DNA from: the human T2T-CHM13v2.0 reference genome, Homo sapiens
Assembly (NCBI RefSeq): GCF_009914755.1
Contig: NC_060926.1
DNA: 64,000 bases
Strand: one strand, 5' to 3'
This document shows positions 14,652-28,445 of the stretch, piece by piece; the stretch's first letter is position 1, and the number at the start of each line of letters is the position of its first letter. The position numbers and the translations under genes were made by a program. Below the pieces are notes generated by a model. That model was given only the letters and a program-made list of their open reading frames with translations. It made no database searches and was not told the origin of the DNA.

Positions 14652-14708
14652 ATCTCTGGTCCACTGCCACCTACACAAGCAGCCAAAACAGGCCCAGAGC
14701 TGATCCAG
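14652..14708 (+). CDS. VIT: VIT coding exon, 57 nt, phase 1-1 (DLWSTATYTSSQNRPRADP)
   Basis: tgtccttacag|ATCTCTGG...GATCCAG|gtaaga. Confidence 0.95.
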
Positions 14709-15862
14709 GTAAGACCTTAAACTCCCTTTCCAGCCACTGATGAAAGTTAAGCTTGTTTACATGCGGTTCCTCTCCACATCTTTGCCATTTAATTTAGATT
14801 TGGACAAGGACTATTAAACCACTTAGGCCAACAGAAGATGCCACTCAAGGGCCCAACTTCTAAGAAAACATGTAAAGAAGTGGTTAAGTAAGCAAAGCCC
14901 TGTCCCACTCTCTGTTCCCCTGAAGCGAGTCTGTAGAGGTTGTGATAGGAATGTCTCAGGATTCAGTAACCGGGCTCTTACAGACCTGAAAAGGGGCACT
15001 CTCTGGGGCTTATTTTTGAGGAACTACGGTAAAACACGAAGGGAAATTTGTATCATCTCCCAGGAAAGAGGATTTTTTTTCTCTCTTTTTTGCCTGAGTA
15101 ATTCTATGCCACGGGGGACAGAAACACATTCTCTCTCCCCGGGAGTTCACCTATGAATTCTGAAATGCCCCTGGCTGTCTTCATTTCTGTATGGTTTGGC
15201 CGAAGAACTAGGAATCCAGCAAATTCTCTTCTCTGCAGCACTGTTAAGGCCTGCAGAGATTAGAAAGGAAAATCTAGCAGGGTTTGATGGTTTCCACAAA
15301 CTCTACTCACAGCCCGGTCTATGAGCTGATAGACTTGGTGGAAGTATACCATTCCCTCTGAAGCCACAGGACACTAGGATCAGAAGCAGGTCTTCTCCCT
15401 GCTGGGGGATACTCGTCCACTCTCCACATGTTCTTAGAAACTGTAGGTTCTGTTTTGCTTGCTACTGGATAGGAACAGGGGCCCAATGGGCTCCTCTGGT
15501 CAGGGCGAGCAGCTTCTATGAGCTTCACAATTGCACCTTTGCCAATGCACATGCTGTTGTCCTGGACAAAAAGGCTTGAGAATGAGAACACTGGCCAGGG
15601 CAAGGACTCCAAGGCCATCTTAGGCCTCTACAGACTCGTGGGACTCTACAGGAGCCCAATCCATGGAGCACTGTTTCCTCCTGTCCCCTTGGCCAAGATT
15701 TTTGCCTCCTCTGCAACCCCCAGAAGTACAACCAGGCACAGAGAGCTCGGCCGACTTCCAAGGAAAATCTGAACTAAGGTAATTTTCACCGGGGGCAAAA
15801 TAAGGAAAGAAAGCAGCCTGCTGGTTGTGTGTAAATCGGCTGACCCTGTGTAATCCCCTCAG

Positions 15863-15928
15863 GTATCCAAAGGCAAGATCCTTCAGGAGCTGCCTTCCAG
15901 AAACCTGTTGGAGCGGATGTCAGCCTGG
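15863..15928 (+). CDS. VIT: VIT coding exon, 66 nt, phase 1-1 (GIQRQDPSGAAFQKPVGADVSL)
   Basis: Branch-like ggctgac, then cccctcag|GTATCCAA...AGCCTGG|gtaagc. Confidence 0.95.
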
Positions 15929-17373
15929 GTAAGCTGCCCACTGCTTACCATCTCTGCTCCCTAGGAATTTGCTCTGTGGCACTTTGCAAACATGAGGACC
16001 TCCCCACACACTTGTTCTTGGCCTCTGCAGCTCAACTTCAGGTCACCAGAGTTTGGGAGCATGCTAAGATATTTTAACCTCGAGAAAATGTCTCTTTGAT
16101 TGATCTGTTCTCAGTGCATCAAAGAGAAAATCTTTGTCAACGAAGACATCCAAGGGCTGTCATTACTTTATGTCTCCTCAAGAGGTTCCCTCACTAAGCA
16201 GCCTCTTTGCCTCTCTGCACCTACCAGGCCCATCCTCAGACAGTCCTCCAGGATAAAGCACAAATACCCAGATACAGCACATGGTTCGGATATGGCATGG
16301 GGGATGGTTGGCAAGGAGGCACATAACCTGATTTGCATCTTCAATTTTTTACTGCCTGACAATTTTGGGTTTGTTTCAATGCTGTATTCTGCTGAATGTA
16401 TTTGGCCTCATTCCCTTTTTCTGAGTTTACCATCCTCCAGTTCTATAGCTCTGGGATTCTCTGTTTCTTCTCCATTCTCCTTTATGCTCCCAATAATGCC
16501 ACTCTGTCTCGACCCACACAGATGTTCCTAGATGTTCCTTTACCTTCAAATCCTACCCAATTTCTGCTGCTTCTCTCCTCACCATCATCCCTGCAACTTT
16601 GCTCTGAGTGCCTCAGAGTCTCCCATGAACTCTCAGAGTGTTCCTGACTTAAAGGACTCCCCCAACACACTCTAGGTGCTCAGACCTAGACTAGCTATGA
16701 AGCTCCATTATGGCTCCTACAGGGGAAGGAAGCCATTTGCACACCCTGAGTAAAGGCAGGTAAGAACATTTGGAGTTCTTAGATATCCTTCGACCAACTC
16801 TCATCTCAGATGCAGTCATGTATACAAGGCAAGCTGCCCAGTTCCTCAGCTATAAAATCGTCAGATTATGGAATTGGAAAGAATTGTATAAAGTACATCT
16901 GGTCTAACTTCTCACCTAAAAATGAATCACTTATGGTGTGCCAGACAGAGGCCTTTACCCTATATCGAATAACTTCAAGTGGTAGGGAATTCCCAGCCCC
17001 TTCATTTGGTGGGTGGCACTATTAGACGTAACTATCCAGAACTTCAGCTCCTCATTACTAATTTGTCTAAACCAGTGGTTCTCAAAGTGTGGTCCAAAGA
17101 CCCCGCTTTCAGAGATTCTGTGACATCTTCCCTTCTCTGACTACATGTTGTTGTGAGGACAGATTTTCTCCACATATTTCAACAACAACAACATATCACA
17201 ACTGACTGCAGGAGCTGATAACAGACTCCAGCTATCTTCTATTATGATAGACATTGGAGACATTTGCCACTCTTCTCACTGAAGCCTTGGTTTTAGAAAA
17301 CAGTTTTTTTTTCAGTAAAAATTAACGCTTACATTAAAATATAATAATTCTATTGTCACTTTGAAGTAAATTA

Positions 17374-17660
<287 letters not shown>

Positions 17661-17670
17661 AAAATAAAAT

Positions 17671-18315
<645 letters not shown>

Positions 18316-20624
18316 TTAAACAAATTGTCAGTATTCTGTTTCAAATGAGAAAGTGCACAGTTGTAATTTCTAAATGATAAAAATTAATAGATATAACTCG
18401 TACAAACTAAAGGTCTTTGGGGTCTTTGACAATTTCTGAGAGCATAAGAAGGCTGAGAACCTTTGAGAGTGCCTTAAATTTGAGAGCCTTTCAAATACAT
18501 GAAGCTAGACTTCATGTCTTTTTTTATATCTCATCTTTTCCAGGATATCTCTTTAATCCCTCCAATAGGTCTTTGCTGGACTTGGCAGTACACCCTCTAA
18601 CTATGCTGTAGACTATTAATAATTCATACACCAGGGCACCCCGAGCAGAACACAGTGCTGCCAGGGTAGTGTGCCAGGCAATTGCCTCTCTAGTCCTCAA
18701 TACTCTGCTCCCACTAAAACACCCCAACTTCCATTTGGGGTAAGGCTTGTCTCACCACTGGCTCATCTCCTACTGAGCTTGCAATACCTAAAGTCGCTGG
18801 GATTTTTTATCATATACCTCTGTAGAAGCAGGTCACCTCAATCCTGTCTAGACACAATCGAGTTTTTGAAGCCCACACTGGAAAATCACATATCTCTATT
18901 AAATCCTTCCTTCGTTTAGTCGGCTGCAATCTTCCTGAGTATTCGTTCTGTCATTGAATGTGTTAACATCCTTGTAATCTTTGTGTCATCTGGAAAATGG
19001 ATAAACGTGCCACCTGTCTCCATTCCCTTTACTGATAAAAATATATCACATGGGGCAACCGAATCCTGCGATCCGCACTAAACACCTCCTTTGTGTTTAG
19101 ATCAACCCAGACACAAGCAGTTACATGTGGACCTGATGATGCTGTCATCCTCCTTTCTACAGGACACCAGGTGTCACCCATGAGTGATTCCTGCCACTCT
19201 CTCCCACTATGCCTTCAGCCACAGATATAAATTCATGCACCCCCCATTTAAGCTGAAGCTCTCATATGAAGGGGATCTGTTATTTAATTTTTAAAAAATG
19301 TACTGAGCATACTGTATGTCAGATACTGTCCTGTGCATTAGAGCTACAAACACGAATCAAGTATTTTCAAATTCTAGAATTATGCTGCTGGGGCTTTTGC
19401 CTTCACAGGCCCCACACTCTCCTACTCCAGAGTCATCAGCAACACCACTGCCTCCTACACACTGCGTCCCCCACTGCCAGCCTTTACCCCTCCTACCACG
19501 GTTCTGGGAGTTGGGGCAGGCTACTCCTGCTGTATGGAGGAGGCAGGGGTGGTGGGCTCCTGATAATTCAAGTTAAAACCTGGTGGCTTTTCCTCAGAAC
19601 CATCCTTATGCTGGTTGGCTTCTTGGTACCATGAGCTGTGTTTGAGTCAAAGAAGCTTCACTGGTCTGGAAACCTAACCATGGAGTTAATGTTTCCAAGA
19701 GAAAAGGCTGCCAGGTTTCCCAAAAAATACCCCACACCGAGCCTTGGATGGTAGCCCATTTATAAACCTGGGACTGTCGACGCTTTGTTGGCATGATGGC
19801 TTACGCCCAGGACCCCAGACTGTCCTCAGCCTTCTCTGAGAGTCCTTGTGTGATGCGCTACCAGCATGGCGACACCCTGGGCACAGCTGCAACAGCCCAC
19901 CCTCTTAGTGCTCCCCACTTCGGTACAGCAAGAAGCAGCTCTCCAGGGAAAGTGCAGCCCTTGGGACATGAAGCCAGGTGAAGGGAAGGGAAGCCTAGAA
20001 ATTCTGCTGGTCCAGATGCCTGCTGCCTTTCAGAGCCACTTCCTCCTAAAGACTACACCCCAGGGGAGTCACTGGGAAGAAACGAGGGAGCTGAAGGGAC
20101 ACTCGGGCTTCTGTCTTATAAAATTTGAGAGCCCAAAGGGCCATGTTTGCAGCTCTTGCTTGGGTCCCGTGTTGGTGACTTCTAGATGGAACAGAAGGAG
20201 CTGGAACCAGCACCAAGATCACACCACAGTCTTAGGAGCAGGCATGCTTCTGGGCCCTTTTGAAGACTTGACTACATTAGCATGAGTTGCAGGTGGCTGG
20301 GCCAGGCCCAGCTCTTCAGTGCCCTAACCAAGTACCCCGAGGTGCTGAAGCGATGATGACTCCTAGTGTGTGATAAACAGATGGTGGTTAGGGGTAGGCT
20401 TTGGAGCCTGCCCGCATGGGCTTAAAGTTCTGTTCTGCCGCTCCCTGTGCATGAGTTTCCTCACCTGTAAAATGGGATCATAGCTGCACCTAACTCACTG
20501 GATGATTGTGACTTAATACGTAGAAAGTGCTCAGTCAGTGCCTGACACTAAGCAAGCTCTCCATAAACACCAATGGCTTCTACATTTTTACCCCAGAAAT
20601 CATTCAGAACCAATATACCTTTGT

Positions 20625-20889
20625 TTTTTTAATTTCCAACTTGTATTCTAAGCTCAGGGGTACATGTGCCAAAGGTGCAGGTTTGTTACATAAGTAAATG
20701 GGTGCCATGGTGGTTTTCTATACAGATCATCCGATCACCTAGGTATTAAACCCAGCATCCATTAGCTATTCTTCCTGATGCTCTCCCTCCTCCCACCTCC
20801 CAACCCTCCAACAGGCCCCAGTACGTGCTGTTCCCCACCATGTGTTCTCATCATTCAGCTCCCACTTGTAAGTGAGGACATGCAGTATT
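20625..20889 (-). mobile_element. L1PA-type 3' fragment
   Basis: ggggtacatgtg...gcaggtttgttacata...cagcatccattagctattcttcctgatgc; degenerate TSD agaaccaa. Confidence 0.82.
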
Positions 20890-21582
20890 AGAACCAACAC
20901 TTCTTTTAGACCTGACTGTATCTATGAGATGACCAAGCAAGAATTGTCACAAAAACACAAAAATAATTCCCTGGTTTTCTAAGAGTGACTTACACTTCTC
21001 AGAGTGATTTTATACACATTTACCTCCTTCAAGTCTCCTCCATGTGACAGTGTAGGGAAAGTCTTTATGACAACCCTACACTGCAAAAAACTGGAGGCAA
21101 ACCTGGAAAGAAAGTAAGTGAGCCCCCCAGGCTCCCAGTTGGTCTTTGGTTGACCCAGGATGGGCTTCTGATGTCTTTTCTTGATACCACCCTGTTCCTC
21201 CTTGACGCCAGAATACAAATGTTCTCACAAATTTACTTCTCATTACTACTGAGTCCAAAAAACACCAAGTCTCAGCTGTCCAAATATTTTTCAGCCTTTG
21301 GCTTTTGGATGAATGTAATTTGGTTCAAACTTGTCCCAAACAAACCGAAAGTGGCATGAATATAAGGACAGGCTTCTAGGACAGGAGCAAGAGGCTTGGA
21401 AATCCCTGATGTTGGGGGACTGTTTATCTCTTGATAAAGTAATAGAGCACCCAGCATCCTAATCTTCCTGACATTCAAGAGTGCATCGGAAGAAGGAAAA
21501 AGAAAGCAAGCAAGCCTTGGGCAAAAAGTGAGGGAAGCCAGCAGCACATTTTTTTAGGAAAAGGGTAAAGTGCATATTTTCA

Positions 21583-21596
21583 CCAGTAGGTGGCGA
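21583..21596 (+). promoter_or_regulatory. CTCF-like motif
   Basis: CCAGTAGGTGGCGA; 13 of 14 positions match. Confidence 0.45.
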
Positions 21597-21964
21597 TAAA
21601 GTAATAAGGCTAAAGAAGCAGGATGTTCTTGATCAGAATGTTTAAGCAAGTCATAAATATCTTGAATGCGGAGACTATCTTGCCCAATCTGCTTATATTA
21701 CTTACAAAGAAATTAAGGCTCACAAAGGGTATGTGACTAGCTCAAGGTCACACACCTGGTTAATGACTGAACTAGATTAAACTCAGGTCTCACCATTAAA
21801 CCAGAATGTGCAGTAACAGATTGCCTTTCAAAACTGTCTGGCATCTTCATCACATAAAGAAAAATATCACCCTTTTTTCAGTGTGTTAGTAATTTCAGCT
21901 GGCAGAAAAGCTGATAGCCTTTAAGAAATAAAACAGTTGATCATGCTCTCAACTTTCTGAGCTA

Positions 21965-22056
21965 AAATAGAGAAGGAGGGAGGGTGGGATGGAGGGAGGG
22001 AGGGGAGACATGGAAAAGAGAGGAAAGGAGGGAGAGGGGCAGAAAGAAAGGGAAAC
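21965..22056 (+). repeat. GA-rich low-complexity purine tract
   Basis: ggagggagggtgggatggagggagggagggg... Confidence 0.7.
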
Positions 22057-22895
22057 AGCCATTTGTGTGTTATAAGGCTTCCTGACACATTTGTGCTGTC
22101 CCTGAGCCCCTCTCAGCCATGATTTTCCAAAAAAGATCAGAGATTATTGAGTAAGACTCTCCTCCTCCCCTCCACCCCTTCTACTTCATTAGCACCAGTT
22201 TGTGGTGAAGGCCATTAAACATCTTACTGCATACAGGTCCAGGTGCTACTTTCCTTTATTGTGCTTGAGTCACACAGTGAGAAGCAGAATCTCGGGAAAT
22301 AAGCGGATTGCCTGATCTCTGAAGGGGCCATATTTGTTCAGTGTAGTTCCAAGGAAGGGAATTCAAACAGGTGGGACAAATGTACCTAGAACGATATTAG
22401 GCATATAGTGAGTGCTTAATAAGTGTGGATGTATGGATAGATGGGAAAGGATTTAGGGCAAAAGATTCAGTCTCAACAGTGCAAGAAGGAATCTACTACT
22501 TTGGTTGAATATGTAATGAATCCCCTGTCTCTGGAGGTATCAAGCACTAGCCAGCCACTCACAGGCCAGGGATGTTGCAAAAACAGATTGGGAGGTGGTT
22601 TGGAGTGGATGAATTTTTAGTTCCTTTTGAATCCAAGGATTCCCATTATTCCAAGATTCTTGGTGCATAATGAAAAAGAAATTGGTAAAGATGTTTATGC
22701 CTTTGACTTTAAGAGCTTCAGATTTTAAAAAATCATACAGATTTCAGGTTGCTTCATCCAAAATTCTGGCCCTCTGTTCCTTTATTGAACTTTCAGACAC
22801 AATTGGGAAACCTTATCATCCCGGCAATTCACTCAAGAGTTTCTGCTGGTTTGGTTTAAGTAACAAGTTTGTTTCTTTTCAATTTTGAAAATCAG

Positions 22896-22940
22896 GAGAG
22901 ATGGACTCATGGAAACCTGGATCGGTCCTTTTAGATGAAG
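22896..22940 (+). CDS. VIT: VIT cassette coding exon, 45 nt, phase 1-1 (GEMDSWKPGSVLLDE)
   Basis: ttttgaaaatcag|GAGAGATG...GATGAAG|gtaatt; weak pyrimidine tract. Its 15 codons match the recalled difference between the 693-aa and 678-aa isoforms. Confidence 0.88.
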
Positions 22941-23644
22941 GTAATTATACAGCCCAACCTCTCAGCCACGCGTGGATCAAGATGCGCAGGATAGCAGAAC
23001 TAAGAGTCTAATAATCCAGCTGGCATAGCGGCCGAGCTCCACTAGCCTAGGATTTCTAATGGCTCCCGCCTCTGATTTAAGGGTCCTACAAAGGGCACAT
23101 TGAAACTCCCTCCCTAGGGAGGCCTGGGGTAAGGGGCAATATTGGATAACAAAAGGGAGAGAGGAAACGTGAAGACAAAAAGCCAGAAGGGAGCTAGTTT
23201 CCCACCCTCAAAATGGGTTTGGACCCTGACTCTATCTGGCAGCACACTTTAACTTCCTCCAACTCCACTTCCTCCTTTGCAAAATGGCTTTCAGGTTTTC
23301 CCTTCACAAGAATGGGTGTTGTTTGCTGCGTACTGCATTAAATATTTGAAACTCCAACACACAAGACCTTCCAGCTCTTCATGGGAGGGAAGATTGTACT
23401 GGTAGGGGAAGAAGGAGGTGAAGGAGAGGACTCCGCCTCTGGACTTGTACTTCTCCCCTTCCTCCAACGCAGAGTCTTGGGGCGTTTCCACGACAGGCTC
23501 CTGGCTGAGAAATGCTGTTAGCCACCCAAAGTGAATGTTTAAAATGATGTGAGGAAGTGGGATGAGCTAGCTGACCTTTAACGGAAGGATGAAATCATGT
23601 GCTTTGCAAACTGGAAAAAATAACAAGCCAGTAGAAAGCTCACT

Positions 23645-23770
23645 GCAGCCAAGCGCGAGCGAAGACCCCCGCACCTTCCTCCACTCCGGGGAATCCCGGA
23701 ACTTCCGGGCCTCCTGAAAACGGGGAGACTCACTTCCAGTGCTGCAAGCGTGCTCTGCCTGGGAAGCCCA
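23645..23770. promoter_or_regulatory. Candidate intronic enhancer or promoter (CpG-rich, kappaB and ETS sites)
   Basis: GGGGAATCCC at 23688-23697; ACTTCCGG at 23701-23708; locally dense CpGs in non-repeat DNA. Confidence 0.4.
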
Positions 23771-24508
23771 TTCGTGTTACCAAGCCTAAAAGGATTCGCT
23801 TTTATTGTCTTTATTTCTTTAAATGGTATATTTATGAACTTGGCTCCCATGTACATGGCTCTAAAGACACCCCCTTCCCCAAGGCTGAAATGCAACTCAC
23901 ACACACAGCTTCTGAGAGCATGAAACCTTTTTGAATCTCTACTTCTAGTCTCAAACACCTGGGAGGGAGGAGTTGCATTTTAAGCCCTCTTATGTGAGTT
24001 ACTTTTAAATAAACTGTCTTCCTCCAGTCCACATCCAATCCTCATTAGATTGTCCTTCTTGTGCCTTACTCATCTTCGTTCATTGTGTCAATCACCAAAT
24101 GTTGACTGAGGACCTACATGATCTTGGCACGGTGGAGGTTTATTCGAGCAAGACACATTCTGTGGCTCAAGATTTTCAGAATTTTACAGAGACATAATTT
24201 ACAATGGCCAAGTGCTTAACGCTTTCAGATAACAAAACTAAGGCTCAGAATAAAGAATAAATTAACAAGAACAGAACTCAAGTCTCCTGATTTCAAATCC
24301 CCCAGCAGAGTACTATGTTTTTGATAGGCTGTAAGTAAATATTAATTTATTATTTTTCTCAGGATGGGGGTGATGTGAAAAAAAGCACAGTTAGCTTTAA
24401 GCCAAGCCCCCAAGCTGGGTGTGAATATCCATTATGTCCCCTCCCATGGGGTAAGGCCAGCTGCTTCCTTTCCTTGTAAGTCACCAAAAGTTTTACTGCT
24501 CTTTCCAG

Positions 24509-24571
24509 GACTTGTTCCAAAAGAAGAATTGAGCACACAGTCTTTGGAGCCAGTATCCCTGGGAGATCCAA
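24509..24571 (+). CDS. VIT: VIT coding exon, 63 nt, phase 1-1 (GLVPKEELSTQSLEPVSLGDP)
   Basis: ctgctctttccag|GACTTGTT...GATCCAA|gtaagt. Confidence 0.95.
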
Positions 24572-26530
24572 GTAAGTTAATTGACAACTAGAAACCCACA
24601 GTGTCTTTGACATCTGAACTGCTCTCTCCTCTCTTCCCACTCACTCCCACTCAAACCTGCCTCTCTCCTACCGTGGATCTATTTATCTCCTCTCTTCTGA
24701 CACCTTGTTCTAAGGGGAAAGGGAAGCTTTTGAAGGATATAAACTGTCTATGTGCATGAGGGGGAGAGGATCAAAATGTTTTAACATCACTATGGCAACA
24801 GGGTGAAGAATGGGATGGAACGGAAAGACAAGGAAGGATGAAAGGAGGAGACGGGCAGGTTAGCAGGGGCAATGGTCTACTGCAAATGATGGTGGCCAGA
24901 ACTCGGAGTTGGAAGTGGAAATGAAGATAAATGGGCATATTCAAGAGATACAGAGAAGGGAGAATCTATAAGATGGAAGGTGGAGGTTCGAGAGAGGGAG
25001 AAGTTAAAGATGAGTTGAGCGACTAGGTAAATGGTACTACAATGAGGAACACTGGGGATGAAGCAGGTTTATGTCTATCATTTTCTTCGAGACATTTGAT
25101 CTGGTAGAGAGAAGACTACCCAGGTCTGACATTCAGAAGGAACAGCCCAATCAGAAATTTAGAGTTGTAAGACAATGAGCTATGGTTCGAAACCGAGGCT
25201 ATGAGAACAGAAAATGTGACTTAGGGAGACACAGTAAAGTAAGAAGATACAGAAGACTTAAGCCTGGAGAACAACACTAGGTGGAGGAGAAACCACCTGA
25301 GGATATCAGAAAGGAAGAACCAGAGAAAAACAAGGAAAATGAGAAAGACATAGTAGTAGCCTGCAAGGTATGGAAAGAAAGCACCTGCATATTCCGCTAG
25401 AAAGTCACTACTAGTCAGCCACCAATGGACAGTGAGGCTCAACCTTGCTGCATATGAGAATCACCTGAAGACATTATTAAAGATGCCCATCTTCCTGCCT
25501 CATACCTACTGTATCAGGTTCTCCCTAGACCTTGCTACCCAAAGTGTGGTCTGGAGACCAGCAGAATCAGCATCAGCATCACCAGGGAGCTTGTTAGAAA
25601 CACAGACCTGCTGGTTCTACAGTGATTGATTCCTTTGCACATTTACCCTTGAGAAGCACTTTACAGAGTGAATCCCAGGAGTCTTCATTTGTGGAAGCTG
25701 CATTAGCAACCCTGATATGTACATGACTGTGGTATGTATCCAGAGTTAAGAAACACTGGCCTGATGTATTGGACAACACAAAGCATTAGTCTATAAAATG
25801 GTACCATGTTGAAGGAAACTACAGCAATTAAATACATTGATAGAGTGATTCCCATAGATACTATATCTTACTTTCTCTTCCTTGACTTTCAACCTCTGAT
25901 CTCTTCTTTAGCCATAATAAATTGCTCACACTGAACATTGTATAACCCAATTCTACCTGTTAGCACTGATGCTGGCATCTTCAGATCAGAATGTTTTCAC
26001 CTCTATATAAGAAAGTCATGGGTCTCAGTCAAAACATGCCCTGAGCTGGAACCATTGTCATTTAAAAGAGGAGCAAAAGTAACCGTGGTATCAGCCATCA
26101 GGCCAGTGAGTAAAGAGAATTAAGCAAATAGAGAAACAGCTCACCTTCTTAAGACCTAACTATAAGATGAATACGTTAATCCTGAAAACAATTCCAGATG
26201 TAAGAAATAAGGAGAAAAACTGCCTGTGAGGAATCAAAATAGATGCTACAATATCCATGTACTTTATTCATGTAAAAAGAAAATCCCCTCTGGCCCTTAC
26301 TCTAATTAACACTTGTTCCCAAAAATACTTTATTCCAAAAGGTATATTGAACTAATCTGCTGACATCTGGAAGGGAAACTCCACCTCAGGATTACTTCTC
26401 CAACTTTACTGTGCACAGGAATCACCTGGGGATCTTGTTAAAATGCACGTCTGTCTCTATAGGTTTGGGTGGAGCCTGAGAGTCTAGCAAACTGTAGGTG
26501 CTAGTAGGCGGCAAACCCTGAAGAACTCCA

Positions 26531-26544
26531 CTGCCACCTGCTGG
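26531..26544 (-). promoter_or_regulatory. CTCF-like motif
   Basis: Reverse complement CCAGCAGGTGGCAG; 14 of 14 positions match. Confidence 0.45.
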
Positions 26545-28297
26545 CAACAATTCACACTGCAAGCCCCGCCAGAAAAAAAAAATGAGTTGGCCTTGCTTGG
26601 GAATCCACAACATGATAAGCTGCATATGAGAATCACATGCTGCTTCTCCTTTCCTTTACCCCAGGTTTTAGTGGCATTTTTCAACTCTGCTTCTGGACTT
26701 TATTTGCCTCTTTCATTCTTCATCTCAAGATCATGCTTGGGTATAGGCAGTTTGGGGACAGCAAAGGACAAGGGAAGCCAGTTGAAAAGGATGAATTGGT
26801 AGGCACTGAACGCCCAGGCAGACAGGAGGTAAAAGCTTTTCTTTTGAGATTTGCTACTGAGCCAAGGTACAAACAGGTGCCCTGATTCTAGATGGAGTGA
26901 AGTCAGCCAGTGCCAGACGGGTCCCTCTCATCTCCTACTTCCCTGGTTTTGATTGCCATGCAACACTGCAAGATAATAAAACACATTCTCAGGTATAACT
27001 TTTCTCCTAATCACAGTTCTGCAGTAGCACTCAGCAATAAATATTTCTCATCAATTCTTCTGCTCAAAACTTTGTCAACTCATGTTCATTTATTGCTTTC
27101 ATCTTTAAAACAATTTTTTAAAACCAGCAACAACCCTCTCCACCTACAGAGCTTCTCCTCCTGAAGAATGGGAAGACTCCAGCTCTGTGGCAACAATGCA
27201 CCGTGGAGAACATGGGTGGTTGTGTGCAGATTAGAGAGGTGCAGGTCCGTCTGGCCGCTGCTCCCCACCCACAATGGGCAGTGCCCCAGTGTCCTCTCGG
27301 ATACACCAGCCTAGAAATTTCCAACTTTACTCACTCTTTTTTTTTTTTCCTATATGGAGCTCTGTTTTGAAACATTTTTGTCTTCTAAATTGCAACTGTT
27401 AAATAATTTATTTTTCACTTTTTACTAATCAAAGGGATCTATAGCTCCCAATAAGAACCTCTGATCAGCACTGAATAGTCAGTTTTATACTGAGATGATA
27501 TCATTCCTGTCTACCGCAAAGGAAACACTAATTTCCATTAGCCTGTGTGGCTTTTCACTAGTTCCTTTTGATGTTTGTAAGGGTGAAAAGAGCTTGCAGC
27601 CCATCCATCCCTTTACCTCTCTTATAACCTTCATATATCCACAGAGATCCAGAGATCCTAAGGCAGAATAACTATCCTGGTCCTCATCACAACTAAAAGA
27701 AAGAAAGAAAAAAAATCTCGGATAGCTACGAACAAGGGCTGACATCCTATACATATATGTAGATAATTTCTTTGGTTCCCTCGCCCAGGGAAATGAAGGA
27801 GAAGATTGATATCAATTTCTTATTCTATAATTCCTGCCCTCCCTCAGTGCTGGCCTTGCAGATCTCTCACACCTTATAAAAATCCAACACTGGTTTCTAA
27901 AAAGTTAGGATGAGAGCAAAAAGCCACACGCTCTTGCGACTCAGTCTTGATGAATTCTCACAACGGGGAGTCTGCACTTACAAGATCTTAGCCTAGGAAA
28001 CCATTGACAGCCTTCCCTAGCTTGGCTAGGACGTCGCTGCTTCTGAAACCCATAATTGTGGCAGATACATAGAGTTTTAAACAGTTATGGAAATAAGGAC
28101 TAGCCTAAGTGTCCAAGACCCTGGTGCTCAGGGAAACCCCTGTGGGATGTAAATAAATATACCCTGCATCTTCCTACCTCTTTTTCCCTTTCTTTTCATT
28201 TCTCAGGGGGCTCTGATGGAGAAAGAGGAACAAGAGGATGCCCAGGTAAATGCAGTGAGAGATCATGAGAATAATAGAGTCTTTTTCCGTTCCGCAG

Positions 28298-28445
28298 ACT
28301 GCAAAATTGACTTGTCGTTTTTAATTGATGGGAGCACCAGCATTGGCAAACGGCGATTCCGAATCCAGAAGCAGCTCCTGGCTGATGTTGCCCAAGCTCT
28401 TGACATTGGCCCTGCCGGTCCACTGATGGGTGTTGTCCAGTATGG
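28298..28445 (+). CDS. VIT: VIT coding exon, 148 nt, phase 1-2, start of VWA1 with DxSxS (DGSTS)
   Basis: ttccgttccgcag|ACTGCAAA...CAGTATGG|gtaagt; CKIDLSFLIDGSTSIGKRRF...MGVVQYG. Confidence 0.97.

Noticed and set aside
16723-16759. Possible cryptic exon ctcctacag|...GGCAG|gtaaga
   Set aside because: It is 37 nt, so it does not preserve the frame, and its pyrimidine tract is weak. Such pseudo-exons are common.
21975-22010. G-quadruplex or triplex potential of the GA tract
   Set aside because: Ordinary low-complexity intronic tract with no functional context.
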